From: an uncultured delta proteobacterium
Lineage (GTDB): Bacteria; Myxococcota; Myxococcia; Myxococcales; Myxococcaceae
DNA: 64,000 bases
Direction of reading: 5' to 3'
Assembly (NCBI GenBank): GCA_963796055.1
Contig: CAWCKH010000001.1
Coordinates: forward strand, 64,001 to 128,000
The notes beneath the pieces are model-generated. The model saw nothing but the letters and a program-made list of their open reading frames with translations, did no database searches and was not told the origin of the DNA. The translations under genes and the position numbers were made by a program. This document shows, one piece after another, positions 50,718 to 59,989 of the stretch. Positions within the stretch are counted from its first letter, which is position 1; each line of letters starts with the position of its first letter.

Positions 50718-51631
50718 TGGAGGTCCGGCTCTCCGAGGAGGTCGCCGAGGCACGCGCGCGCGCTGCTCCCATCGTCGTGCTCGAGTCCTCGGTCATCGCC
50801 CAGGGGCTGCCGCACCCGGTCAACCTCGAGGCCGCCCGGGCCAGCGAGGAGGCCGTCCGGCGGTCGGGCGCAGTGCCGGCGGTGGTGGCGGTGATCGACG
50901 GCGTCGTCCGCTGCGGACTTTCCACGGACGAGGTCCGCCGGCTGGCGAGCGGCCCGGACCGACCCTGGAAGGTGGGGGTGGGCGAGCTGGCCTCCGCCGT
51001 GCTCCAGAAAGCCAGCGGCGGGACGACGGTGAGCGCCACCTGTGCGGTGGCCGCCGAGTGCGGGCTGCCCCTCTTCGCCACCGGTGGCATCGGGGGCGTG
51101 CACCGAGGCGAGGTGGGGGACATCTCGGCAGACCTCGGTGCGCTGGCGCGCTACCCGGGGATGGTGGTCTGCACCGGGGCGAAGAGCGTGCTGGACCTGC
51201 CCCGGACGCTCGAGGCGCTGGAGGCGCTCGGGGTGCCGGTGTTCGGCTTCGGGAGCAGCGAGTTCCCGGCCTTCTACGCCGATCGGTCGGGCCTGCAGCT
51301 GGAGCACCGGGCAGACACCCCCCAGCTCGCCGCCGAGGCGCTCCATGCCCAGCGCGACCGGCTCGGGCTGAAGCAGGCGATTCTCCTCACCGTGCCGCCG
51401 CCGCCGGAGGTGGCGCTGGACCGGGACGAGCTGGACCGGGCGCTGGTGGCCGCGGAGGCCGAGGCCAGGCGGCAGGGGGTCACGGGGAAGGCGGTGACCC
51501 CGTTCCTCCTGGCAAGGTTGGTGGAGGCGACCGGCGGGCGGACGCTCCGGGCGAACGTGGCGCTCCTGGCGAAGAACGCGCGGGTGGCCGGGGAGATCGC
51601 CGTGGCCTACGCACGGATGCGGACAGCCTGA
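50717..51631 (+). CDS. psuG: Pseudouridine-5'-phosphate glycosidase
   Basis: LESSVIAQGLP, GGTTVSAT, FATGGIGGVHRG, DISADL, GAKSVLDLP, GKAVTPFLL. Confidence 0.92.
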   Translation: MEVRLSEEVAEARARAAPIVVLESSVIAQGLPHPVNLEAARASEEAVRRSGAVPAVVAVIDGVVRCGLSTDEVRRLASGPDRPWKVGVGELASAVLQKASGGTTVSATCAVAAECGLPLFATGGIGGVHRGEVGDISADLGALARYPGMVVCTGAKSVLDLPRTLEALEALGVPVFGFGSSEFPAFYADRSGLQLEHRADTPQLAAEALHAQRDRLGLKQAILLTVPPPPEVALDRDELDRALVAAEAEARRQGVTGKAVTPFLLARLVEATGGRTLRANVALLAKNARVAGEIAVAYARMRTA

Positions 51632-51655
51632 GGCTGCGAGGCCGCGGCCGGCCGA

Positions 51656-52585
51656 TCACCGGAATCGCTGGAACCAGCGGACGGAGTCCTCGTCGCGCTC
51701 CCGTGCCCGGCCCGAGAGGGTGTGCCCCTCTCCGTGAAACATCTTCAGCTCGTAGGGTTTCCCGAGCGCCTGGAGCGCCTCGGCCATCCGGAGCGACTGC
51801 TCCGGTGGGCAGAGCCGGTCCGCCGTTCCATGCATGATCAGGATGGGCGCCGTGATGCGCTCGGGCCAGCGAAGCGCCGACCGGCGCTCGACGAGCGCGG
51901 CCCGGTCCGACTGGAGCTCGTGCGGCCAGATCCGCGCGGCCATCTCCATCCCCCCGGACGCGGCGAGCATGCCCTCGAGATCGGTGAACCCGCCGAACAC
52001 GGCCGCGGCCCGCGCTCGGAAGCCGCTCCGGAGCGCCTGGTACACCATCATCCCCCCGCGCGACTCGCCGTACAGGTAGACGCGCCCCGCGTCGACTCCA
52101 GGCGTCGCCTTCAGGACCGCGCCGATGTTGAGCAGGTCGTCCAGGTCCGCTCCCCCCAGCTCGTCACGACCCGGAGCGCCGCCGCTCCCCCGGTACATCG
52201 GCGCCACCACGACGTAGCCGGCCCTGGCGAGGCGGTTGGCCATCACCAGCAGCTGCGCGTGGAACTCCGGCCAGGTCCAGCTGCCGCGGCTGAACACGAT
52301 GACCGGCAGAGGCCGGGAGGGGGCCACGGTCGGGCGGTAGACATACGCAAGGACCGTCAGGTTGTCGCTCGGGTAGCTGACCCGCTCCATGGTGAAGCGA
52401 TGGTCCGCCACCGCTGCCTGGTACGCCTTCCGGGTGGCATAGGCATCGAGGTGGGGCACGGCCTCGTACACCGGGAACCGGATCGCTCGGGCCTGGCCTG
52501 GCGGCTCGCCGGCCTGCGGCGAGCGGACCCCGAGCAGCGTTGCTGCGAGCAGCAAGAGGGTGACGTCGGCCTGGAGCTTCCTCAC
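51656..52585 (-). CDS. Exported S9-like (prolyl oligopeptidase) alpha/beta hydrolase
   Basis: YRGSGG, GESRGG nucleophile, ILIMHGTAD, EGHTL. Confidence 0.85.
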   Translation of the reverse strand: MRKLQADVTLLLLAATLLGVRSPQAGEPPGQARAIRFPVYEAVPHLDAYATRKAYQAAVADHRFTMERVSYPSDNLTVLAYVYRPTVAPSRPLPVIVFSRGSWTWPEFHAQLLVMANRLARAGYVVVAPMYRGSGGAPGRDELGGADLDDLLNIGAVLKATPGVDAGRVYLYGESRGGMMVYQALRSGFRARAAAVFGGFTDLEGMLAASGGMEMAARIWPHELQSDRAALVERRSALRWPERITAPILIMHGTADRLCPPEQSLRMAEALQALGKPYELKMFHGEGHTLSGRARERDEDSVRWFQRFR

Positions 52586-52681
52586 GGTTCAGAGGGGACG
52601 GCGCGGGGGGCGGACGATTGCGGCCGGAGAACAGGTCCATCGCGGTGGACGGGAGAGGGGGCAGCCGTCCGCGTGGAGCCT

Positions 52682-54874
52682 CTAGAACTCGATCCCGTTC
52701 GACGCCGGCTTGGGGAGCGTCATCGCCAGCCGCCGCACCTCCGAGGCCCCGTAGAACGCCTGGTACAGGTAGTCGTCGGCGACTACCTGCTTCATGTACG
52801 CCCGGGTCTCCTTGAACGGGACCGACTCGACGAAGAGGTCCACCGGCATCGAGCCGAGCTCGCTGGTCCACTTGAGGGTCACGCTCGGGCCGGCGTTGTA
52901 CGCCGCGGCGATCAGCACCGGATGGACGAAGCGCTTTGCCAGCTGCCCCACGTACCAGGCGGACAGGTCCAGGTTCAGCTCGGGCCGGTAGAGCTCGTCC
53001 GGCTCGGGCGGATCGCGCTGCAGCTCTCGGGCGATGGCGCTCGCCGTCCGGGCCATGAGCTGCATCAGCCCCCGCGCCCGCGCCGCGCTCAGCCGATCCG
53101 GCTGGAACGCGCTCTCGCGCCGCATGATGGCGTAGAGCAGCGAGGAGTGGACGCCCTGCGCCCGGGCCGTCTCGTCCACGTGGCTCACGTAGGGACGCGG
53201 ATAGAGCAGGGCGAGCGCGGCGGGGTCCTTCTGCGCATAGGCCTTGCCCCACAGCAGCCGGTTTGCCAGGTGGTACGCCGCCCAGGCCTCACCCACCCGC
53301 GCCAGTACCGTGCCCACCCGGAGCGCGCCCTCGGGCGTGTGCACCGCACCCAGCCGCGCCCGCAGCTCCTCCCCCGACTCGCGCCACAGCCCCGCGCTCG
53401 CCAGCGCCCTTGGGAGCGCCAGCTCCGGCGCCGCCGCCACCTTGGTTGGCAGGTGCGGGCGCTCGGTGAAGAACGGCTCGGGCTTGGCCCCCAGCTCCCG
53501 GAGGCGCTCCTGCGCCAGCAGGCCGTAGAACGTTTGTGGATAGAGCTTGAGGATGTCCTGGTACTCATCGACCGGCTTGCCGCCGGCGAGATGCTTCACC
53601 CGGACCCGCCAGTACTTGGCCTGGGGCACCAGCCCGCTGCGCGGGTAGCGTTCCTGAAGCTCCCGGAGCCCCCGGTCTGCCTCGGCCCAGTTGCCGTTGC
53701 GGATCTGCGCCAGAGCCCGGAAGAAGCAGGCCTCGTCGCGGCGCCTCGACTCGGGGTGTTTCCGCTCGAAGCTCTCCAGCGCGTCCGCGGCCGCCTGCAG
53801 CTTCCCCTCCTGAAGCGCGAGCCATCCGAGGAAGTAGTCCGCCTCCTCCGAGGCCGGCTCGCCGGCGAACTTCTTCGAGATCTCTTGCAGCCGCTCGATG
53901 GCCCGGGTGTGCTCGTCGAGCTTCAGCAGGCGTCGGGCCCGCACCAGCATCGCCTCGGCCGCCGTCGCCGGGGGGCCCGCCGAGGCCACCGCCAGGGCCT
54001 CCTCGGCGTCCTCCACCCGGTTCAGGGCGAAGAACGCCTGGGCCCGCAGGAGCGCCACCTGCGCCCTCGCACCGGGGTCGGGCACCAGACCGTTGGTCTC
54101 GCTCCGGTCCAGCTCGGCCAGCGCCAGCTTGGCGTCGCCCGCATCGAGGAAGACCCGCGTGCGCTGCAGCCGCTCGTCCAGGGTGAGCGCCACCGCCGGG
54201 GCCGAGCTGCCCCGGAGCTGCGCGTCGGCGTCCATCGCCGCCTGCGAGCGTGGGTAGCGCACCATCAGCGTGTGGAGGTCCGCCTGGGCCCCTGCCAGGT
54301 CGCCCAGCGCCGCCCGGGCCTCCGAGCGGGCGGAGAGCAGCTCCGGGCCTCCCAGCGCCCCCAGGGCACGTTCCAGCAGGGGCAGCGCCTGCCCCGGCTC
54401 CCCGGCGCGCAGCAGCGCCTCCCCGGCCCTTGCGACCGCACGATTCGCCACCACCCCCGGCGCCGTGGTCGCCTCGGAGAACGCCTGCGCAGCCCCCCTG
54501 AAATCGCGGACGTAGAAGAGCGCCTCCCCGATGGCGAAGCTCCTGTAGGGCCCGAGCAGCGGGGGGGCCGGATGGCGGCGGAGTTGGGTCAGCGCCTCCC
54601 GGGGCTCACCGCGCGAGAGCAGCAGAGAGCCCACCAGCAGCGACAGCTGCGGCGCCTGGACACAGCCCTTCCTGGTACAGGCCCCCAGCTCCGCCTGCGC
54701 CATCTCCAGGGCAGACGCCCGCTGGAGCCGGGTTGCCTCGAGCAGCCGCTCGGACTGCCCCCGGGCCGCCGGGCAAGCCACGATGACCCAAAGGACGAGG
54801 CACCGCCCGGCATGGAGGAGCCGGCGGGCACGCCCACGCGGGCGCGTCCGGGGACCAGCAGAAGCGCTCACCAT
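52682..54874 (-). CDS. Soluble lytic transglycosylase with TPR superhelix
   Basis: TPR-like repeats; AIMRRESAF (catalytic Glu), GLMQLM, AAYNAG, ETRAY; start uncertain. Confidence 0.9.
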   Translation of the reverse strand: MVSASAGPRTRPRGRARRLLHAGRCLVLWVIVACPAARGQSERLLEATRLQRASALEMAQAELGACTRKGCVQAPQLSLLVGSLLLSRGEPREALTQLRRHPAPPLLGPYRSFAIGEALFYVRDFRGAAQAFSEATTAPGVVANRAVARAGEALLRAGEPGQALPLLERALGALGGPELLSARSEARAALGDLAGAQADLHTLMVRYPRSQAAMDADAQLRGSSAPAVALTLDERLQRTRVFLDAGDAKLALAELDRSETNGLVPDPGARAQVALLRAQAFFALNRVEDAEEALAVASAGPPATAAEAMLVRARRLLKLDEHTRAIERLQEISKKFAGEPASEEADYFLGWLALQEGKLQAAADALESFERKHPESRRRDEACFFRALAQIRNGNWAEADRGLRELQERYPRSGLVPQAKYWRVRVKHLAGGKPVDEYQDILKLYPQTFYGLLAQERLRELGAKPEPFFTERPHLPTKVAAAPELALPRALASAGLWRESGEELRARLGAVHTPEGALRVGTVLARVGEAWAAYHLANRLLWGKAYAQKDPAALALLYPRPYVSHVDETARAQGVHSSLLYAIMRRESAFQPDRLSAARARGLMQLMARTASAIARELQRDPPEPDELYRPELNLDLSAWYVGQLAKRFVHPVLIAAAYNAGPSVTLKWTSELGSMPVDLFVESVPFKETRAYMKQVVADDYLYQAFYGASEVRRLAMTLPKPASNGIEF

Positions 54875-55131
54875 GAGGTGAGGCGCATGCTCTCACGCCG
54901 CGCCGACCCTTGTCCCCTCGTGGGTTCGCGGGATTGCGCGCCGGGCCATCGGTGAGGTGCGAGCACCGCGGTGACCCTGGTTTGACATCGGAATGTGGCA
55001 CCGCATAAACCACCGCGGACTCCGGGTACGGCCCGGAGGCGTGAGGGGAAGATTTCCAGCACCGGTCAGAACAGTTCGCGTCCTGCACGCCCCCTCCAGG
55101 CCCATCTCGACGTCTTCGCGGAGACTCGCCG

Positions 55132-55365
55132 ATGAAACCGTGCCCGACCGACCTGCCTCAGACCATCAATCCTGAGGCAGGCCCCAAGCGTGCTGGAGTC
55201 GAGGTGCATCGCAACCTGAACTGCGCCCACTACGACCACTGTCTGGACGAGGCGGTGCGGCGGGGCTGGCAGAGCTTCACCTGCGTGAAGTGCCCGCTCT
55301 ACGCCACGGTGGCCGCGCCTGCGCTGGGCATCGAGGCGTACGCCACCCAGCGCCGGGCCATCTGA
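55132..55365 (+). CDS. Small Cys-rich hypothetical protein (77 aa)
   Basis: HRNLNCAHYDHCLDEAVRRGWQSFTCVKCPLY; GGAG SD upstream; TTGACA at 54982. Confidence 0.7.
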   Translation: MKPCPTDLPQTINPEAGPKRAGVEVHRNLNCAHYDHCLDEAVRRGWQSFTCVKCPLYATVAAPALGIEAYATQRRAI

Positions 55366-55375
55366 CGTCCCGGGC

Positions 55376-56881
55376 TCACTGCCCGGCGTAGATGACCACC
55401 ACCCAGTAGCGCCCCTTCCCGTAGGTGGCCGAGTCGCCGCGCACCGCGCCGATGCCCACCAGGGAGTAGCGCGCGTCCCGGAGCCCCCGCGAGGGCGGGA
55501 GCGCCCCGAGGTCACGGGCCACGTAGAGGTCCGCCGAGGCGGTCCGCGCCTCCGAGAGCGCTCCGAAGATCTGGCTGTCGATCTCCGGCGCCCGCGGATC
55601 GTCGCGGGTCAGGGCCGCCCGGGCCTGCCGGACGGCGATGTTCTCCAGAGCCGCGTTCCGTTGCAGCGCCGGCAGCTTGAGCGCCGCCCGCTCGGCGCTG
55701 AGACGGGCGTACGCGCTGGCAACCGGGTCCACGCCGGACTTCGCCGGGGTCGCCAGCAGCTCCACCAGGAGCACCTCCGAGCCGCCGTCCCGCGCTTGCC
55801 GGGCCAGCCCGAACCCCACGCGCTCGAAGGCAGGGTCGAGCAGGTTCTTGCGGTGCCCGGGGCTCTCCTCGATGGCGGCGTGCGCCGCCAGCGGCCCCGA
55901 CGCCATGCCCAGGTTCTCGCCCGATGCCTGGTAGGCGTAGCCGGCCTGCTCCAGCCGCTCCGGGAGCGCGTCGCCGTCGGGCGAGACGTGGGCGAAGAAG
56001 CGCTGGGTGGCCATCCGGTCGGCGTAGGCCTGCGCCACCGCGTCCAGCCCCGGATCGGGCTGGACAGCCCGAACCCCCGCAGCCGCGCGCAGGGCGTTGA
56101 CCCTCCCCAGGAGCCGGGACCGGGCCTCGGCGGGCGATGCGGGCTCGGGCCCTCCCAGGGGCGCCGCGGCCGTGGGCGCCGCCGGGGCGCCGGGCCCGAC
56201 GTCCACCGAGAACATCGCCGCGACCTCGGGCCCCTCGGCACCGTCGCCGAGCACCTCGAGCGCATGCCGGCCGTTCCCCTGGAAGGGCACCGGCGCGCAG
56301 TAGCTCCCCCCGTGCCCGGAGACGTCGGCCAGCCGGTCCACCGCGCCCGAGGGTCGGGTGACGAACACCGTCGGCCGGCCCAGCGGCGCCCGGAGCTCGA
56401 AGCACAGCCGCTGCCGAGAGGGCGCCTTCTCCACCTTCCGCGGGAACGGCTGCAGCAGCGCCTTCCGGTCCGCCAGGAGCAGCGCGAGCACGGTGTGGTC
56501 GTCGTCCGCCACCAGCGCCAGCCCGGCGTGGGTGGCGGGCTCGGAGGTGAAGTCGGTCCGCTGCAGGAAGGCCTGCAAGGTCGTCTGGGTGGGCCAGCTC
56601 CGGATGAGCACCAGCCGCGGGTTGGGGTCCCATCCCCCGGCCTCCGAGACCGCCAGGCCGATCCGCATGCCGCTCGCCGCCTCCGCCGTGGAGAGCAGCG
56701 CCTCGCGGGCCAGGGTCCGCGCGGCCTGGCTCAGCGCCGGGTCGTTGACCGGGGAGGAGCGGCCGATCCGCTCGAAGCTCTGGCGGACGTGGAGCACCGC
56801 CCTGGCCTCGGCGTCGGCGAGGTCGGAGGCGGGGGGCGGGCCCTGCGCGGCGAGCACGAGCAGGGAGAGCAGGAGTCTCAC
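55376..56881 (-). CDS. Exported CAP (SCP-like) domain protein
   Basis: VNALRA, FFAHVSPDG, GENLG, SPGHRKNLL; GTG start with signal peptide. Confidence 0.8.
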   Translation of the reverse strand: MRLLLSLLVLAAQGPPPASDLADAEARAVLHVRQSFERIGRSSPVNDPALSQAARTLAREALLSTAEAASGMRIGLAVSEAGGWDPNPRLVLIRSWPTQTTLQAFLQRTDFTSEPATHAGLALVADDDHTVLALLLADRKALLQPFPRKVEKAPSRQRLCFELRAPLGRPTVFVTRPSGAVDRLADVSGHGGSYCAPVPFQGNGRHALEVLGDGAEGPEVAAMFSVDVGPGAPAAPTAAAPLGGPEPASPAEARSRLLGRVNALRAAAGVRAVQPDPGLDAVAQAYADRMATQRFFAHVSPDGDALPERLEQAGYAYQASGENLGMASGPLAAHAAIEESPGHRKNLLDPAFERVGFGLARQARDGGSEVLLVELLATPAKSGVDPVASAYARLSAERAALKLPALQRNAALENIAVRQARAALTRDDPRAPEIDSQIFGALSEARTASADLYVARDLGALPPSRGLRDARYSLVGIGAVRGDSATYGKGRYWVVVIYAGQ

Positions 56882-57174
56882 GGAGCGAGGCGGAACTCGA
56901 TGCGACGGACGGGGGCGGTGGCCACCGCGGCGTTCCAGCGCTCGCGGAGGACGGCCTCCTGCGCCTCGAGCGTCGCCCGCCAGGTGGCGCCGCGCACGTC
57001 GACCCGGAGCACGCCCTCCACCAGCTCCACCGGCCTGCTCTGGGCGCCGATGACCGCGCCCTGGATGCGTGGCCACAGCGTGCCCAGCGCGGCCGCACCC
57101 TGGCCGTCGCGCACCAGTCGCCCGAGGAGGTCGGGGAGCAGCGCCGCGAGGGCAGTGGGTTCCCGGGAGGCCAC
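56878..57174 (-). CDS. DUF721/DciA family protein
   Basis: LWPRIQGAVIGAQSRPVELVEGVLRVDV...WRATL...VRRIEF, matching the DciA KH-like pattern. Confidence 0.7.
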   Translation of the reverse strand: MASREPTALAALLPDLLGRLVRDGQGAAALGTLWPRIQGAVIGAQSRPVELVEGVLRVDVRGATWRATLEAQEAVLRERWNAAVATAPVRRIEFRLAP

Positions 57175-57185
57175 GGAACGCAACG

Positions 57186-58610
57186 TTAGCCGAGGAAGAC
57201 GCCGCCGCGCGCCCCGAGCAGCGAGCGCAGCATGTGTTCGATGGTGTTCCGGGTCGCCTCCACCAGCGACTCGACCACCGAGAGGTCGGTCTCCCTCGCC
57301 CCCGGTGGCACCTCGATGGGCTCCCCGATGCGGATGCGCCACTTGGCCGGAAGGGGGAGGGGGCCGAGCGGGGTGACCGGCACGTAGGGCACGCCGAGCA
57401 GCCCTCCGGGGAGCTTTCCCAAGAGCGGCAGTGTCTCCTCGGCACCCATGATCGCCACCGGGAGGATGGGGTGGCGGGTGCGGAGCGCCAGCTTGACGAA
57501 CCCACCCCGCCCGAACCGCTGCAGGCGGTAGCGGTCGCGGAACGGCTTGCCGATGCCCTGGATGCCCTCGGGGAAGATGAGGACTGGCCGGCCCTCGGCG
57601 AGGAGACGGGTGGCGCTGTCCGGGGAGGCGCGCACCGCGCCGAGCCGGTTGAAGAGCGTGCCGAGCAACGGGGCGTAGAAGACCTGGTCCTCGGCGAGCC
57701 AGCGCGCCTCGGGGAGGTCGGGGCGCTCCCGCCGGAGCGCCTCGTGCAGCATCGGCCCGTCGAGGGGCAACGCCCCGGCGTGGTTGGCGACGAGCAGCGC
57801 CCCGCCCGGGGGCACGTGCGACGCTCCCTCCACCTCCACCCGGAACCAGCGGCTGTAGAGAAAATCGACCAGCGGGGCGACGGCCTCGCTCAGCCGGGTG
57901 TCGCGGCCGTACACGTCGAGCTGCTCGCCGCCCGCGGTCCCCAGCCCGGCCCGGATGGCGCGCAGGGCGGCCTCGATCGCCGACCAGGCCTCGGCCAGGA
58001 GCCCGGGCGCCTCCCGGAGCGCCTCGACCAGCGAGGTGGCGCCAGGCGTGTCGGTCCCCTCGGCGGTCCGGCCGAGCTTCCGCCGCGGTGATTCCGGCTC
58101 CTGGGTGACGGCTCCGGGCAGGGGAGTCCAGGTCAGGGTCGGCGCTTCCAGCCCGGGTGGGATCCACGCGGCCGCCGGCGTGGCAGCGCGGCCCCTGTCG
58201 GCCAGCGGGGCCCGGAGCGACTCGGTCGCGACCTCCGCGCGCGGGGGTGGTGCGCTCGAGACGGCGGGCGGAGGCGGGGGGGCCACGGGGGGGGGGCGCT
58301 CGGCGACAACCGAGGCGGCGAGCGGGACCGGAGGGGGTGGTTCGGGCGGAGTGGCGGCGGGGGCGCTTGCCTCGGGGACGAAGACTCCGACGGACGTGGC
58401 CGCCGGGGCAGGCGTCGGTTCCTTCGGAGCACGCGCGGCGCTCTTCTTCGCCCGGGCCTCCGGGTCCTTCTTCGACGGGCTCCGCTTCGAAGCCTCGGCA
58501 GCAGCAGCTGGACTCGCCGTGGGCTCGTCGGCGGCAGGCGAGGTGGGTGGCGTGCGTCCCGCCGCGCCACGCTGGAAGGGGTCGTTCCCCAGGACACGCC
58601 TGCTGCCCAT
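57186..58610 (-). CDS. Lysophospholipid acyltransferase (PlsC-like) with Pro/Ala-rich N-terminus
   Basis: VANHAGALPLD, IFPEG, ILPVAIMGAEE. Confidence 0.85.
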   Translation of the reverse strand: MGSRRVLGNDPFQRGAAGRTPPTSPAADEPTASPAAAAEASKRSPSKKDPEARAKKSAARAPKEPTPAPAATSVGVFVPEASAPAATPPEPPPPVPLAASVVAERPPPVAPPPPPAVSSAPPPRAEVATESLRAPLADRGRAATPAAAWIPPGLEAPTLTWTPLPGAVTQEPESPRRKLGRTAEGTDTPGATSLVEALREAPGLLAEAWSAIEAALRAIRAGLGTAGGEQLDVYGRDTRLSEAVAPLVDFLYSRWFRVEVEGASHVPPGGALLVANHAGALPLDGPMLHEALRRERPDLPEARWLAEDQVFYAPLLGTLFNRLGAVRASPDSATRLLAEGRPVLIFPEGIQGIGKPFRDRYRLQRFGRGGFVKLALRTRHPILPVAIMGAEETLPLLGKLPGGLLGVPYVPVTPLGPLPLPAKWRIRIGEPIEVPPGARETDLSVVESLVEATRNTIEHMLRSLLGARGGVFLG

Positions 58611-58616
58611 CGTTCG

Positions 58617-59570
58617 TCAGCTCCTCACCGAGGCCGCCGCCTCGCGCGCCCCGAAGCGGGGGCGGAAGCCGAGCGTGGTGCGCGCCCGGGTCCCGTCCGC
58701 CACCCAGGAGTAGTGAAGGTAGTCGAGGAGCGCGCCCGGTGTCGCAGTGATTCCGGCCGAGTTCAGGGCGCGAAGCGTCCCCCGCGCCAGCGGGGGAGGC
58801 AGCGGCAGCGGCATCGTGCCGGCGAGGCGGATCAGAGACGAGAGCGGCAGCACGTCGTCACTGACCACGTTGAACGTTCCGCTCACCGGAACGTCGAGCA
58901 ACCTCAGGAACAGCTCCCGGGCGTCCTCCTCGTGGACCGCCTGCCAGAGCGGGTCGAACCCGAGCAGGGTCGGCACCAGCGGTCGGCGGAAATACCGGGT
59001 CGCGGGGTTGTCCACCGTCGGACCGAGCACCGGAGCGAAGCGAAGCACGGTGAGCCCCACGCCGGGATGATCTCGGCGGAAAGCCATCAGCTGCCGTTCG
59101 ACCTCCACTCGGTCGGTGACGAACCGGCTCCCGGGGCAGCCGTGCAGCGGCGCGTCCTCGTCGAGGAGCACCGGATTGCCGGCGCGGGCTCCGTAGACCG
59201 TGGTGGTCGACGGCACCACCACGTGGTGCACCCCGGCACGCACCGCCGACGCCAGGGTGTGCAGTGTCCCGATGACCTCCAGCTCGTGGGCGAAGGCCGC
59301 GCTGCGGGTCCGGCCATGCAGGAAGGCCAGGTGGTACAGCACGTCGACGGGCGCGGTGGAGAGCGCGCTCTCCAGCTCGGACTCGACGTCCCACCGGGTC
59401 AGGTCCACGCGGTGGTGCACCAGCCGGGCACCGCTCACCGGCCGGGGGCCAAAGGTCAGCAGCTGCTCGATGCGGGGCTCGGCCAGCAGCTTCGGCAGGA
59501 GCAGCGCTCCGAACTCGCTGGTCGGGCCGGTGACCGCCACCCGCAGGGACCTGCCGTTCTCTCTGCCCAT
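58617..59570 (-). CDS. NAD-dependent epimerase/dehydratase family protein
   Basis: VAVTGPTSEFG, LYHLAF, STTTVYG, VLRFAPVLGP, QAVHEED. Confidence 0.8.
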   Translation of the reverse strand: MGRENGRSLRVAVTGPTSEFGALLLPKLLAEPRIEQLLTFGPRPVSGARLVHHRVDLTRWDVESELESALSTAPVDVLYHLAFLHGRTRSAAFAHELEVIGTLHTLASAVRAGVHHVVVPSTTTVYGARAGNPVLLDEDAPLHGCPGSRFVTDRVEVERQLMAFRRDHPGVGLTVLRFAPVLGPTVDNPATRYFRRPLVPTLLGFDPLWQAVHEEDARELFLRLLDVPVSGTFNVVSDDVLPLSSLIRLAGTMPLPLPPPLARGTLRALNSAGITATPGALLDYLHYSWVADGTRARTTLGFRPRFGAREAAASVRS

Positions 59571-59989
59571 CCGGCCGCCGGGGTGTAGCGCGTCGCGCCA
59601 TCCGATGCCAGGGCAGAGGAGATCGCCCCGCGCCGGCGGGCGTGGGGCACAGGGTGAGCAGGATTGGCTCGCTCCTCGTCATTGCATCAGGGCGCTGAGG
59701 CCCATCCAGAAGGAGTACGTATGGCTCGGTCGATGTGTGAATCGGCGCGGTGGGGAGGAGGACTCACGGCATGCCTGCTGGCCCTCGCTTTCCCTATGGC
59801 GACAGCACCAACTCCTCCAACTGGGTCTACGCCCGGGCGTTCGTGTCCATCGCCGACTTCGGCGCGGGCAAGCACGTGAACTGCGACGTGGGGTTCGAGT
59901 TCGACGGATTCTAGGGCGCCCGGCCGGACAGGGCTCGTCTCCCGCGCTCGGTTGCGCGTCGGCCGACGCTCGGTGTACCGCAGCGGACG

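Noticed and set aside
50717..51631. psuG without an adjacent psuK kinase as a novel pathway
   Set aside because: The kinase can be encoded elsewhere; nothing further in the window supports novelty
51722..54955. 1077-aa plus-strand ORF, and other long antisense ORFs such as 21779..24487 and 12268..14370
   Set aside because: Shadow ORFs opposite clearly identifiable genes, expected at very high GC; no motifs
58261..58300. G-runs in the acyltransferase N-terminus as a frameshift site
   Set aside because: The reading frame stays open; the runs encode Pro-rich low-complexity sequence
59571..59989. Known ncRNA (6S, SRP, tmRNA) or small basic ribosomal protein in the epimerase-mutL gap
   Set aside because: No recognisable consensus and no Lys/Arg-rich ORF found
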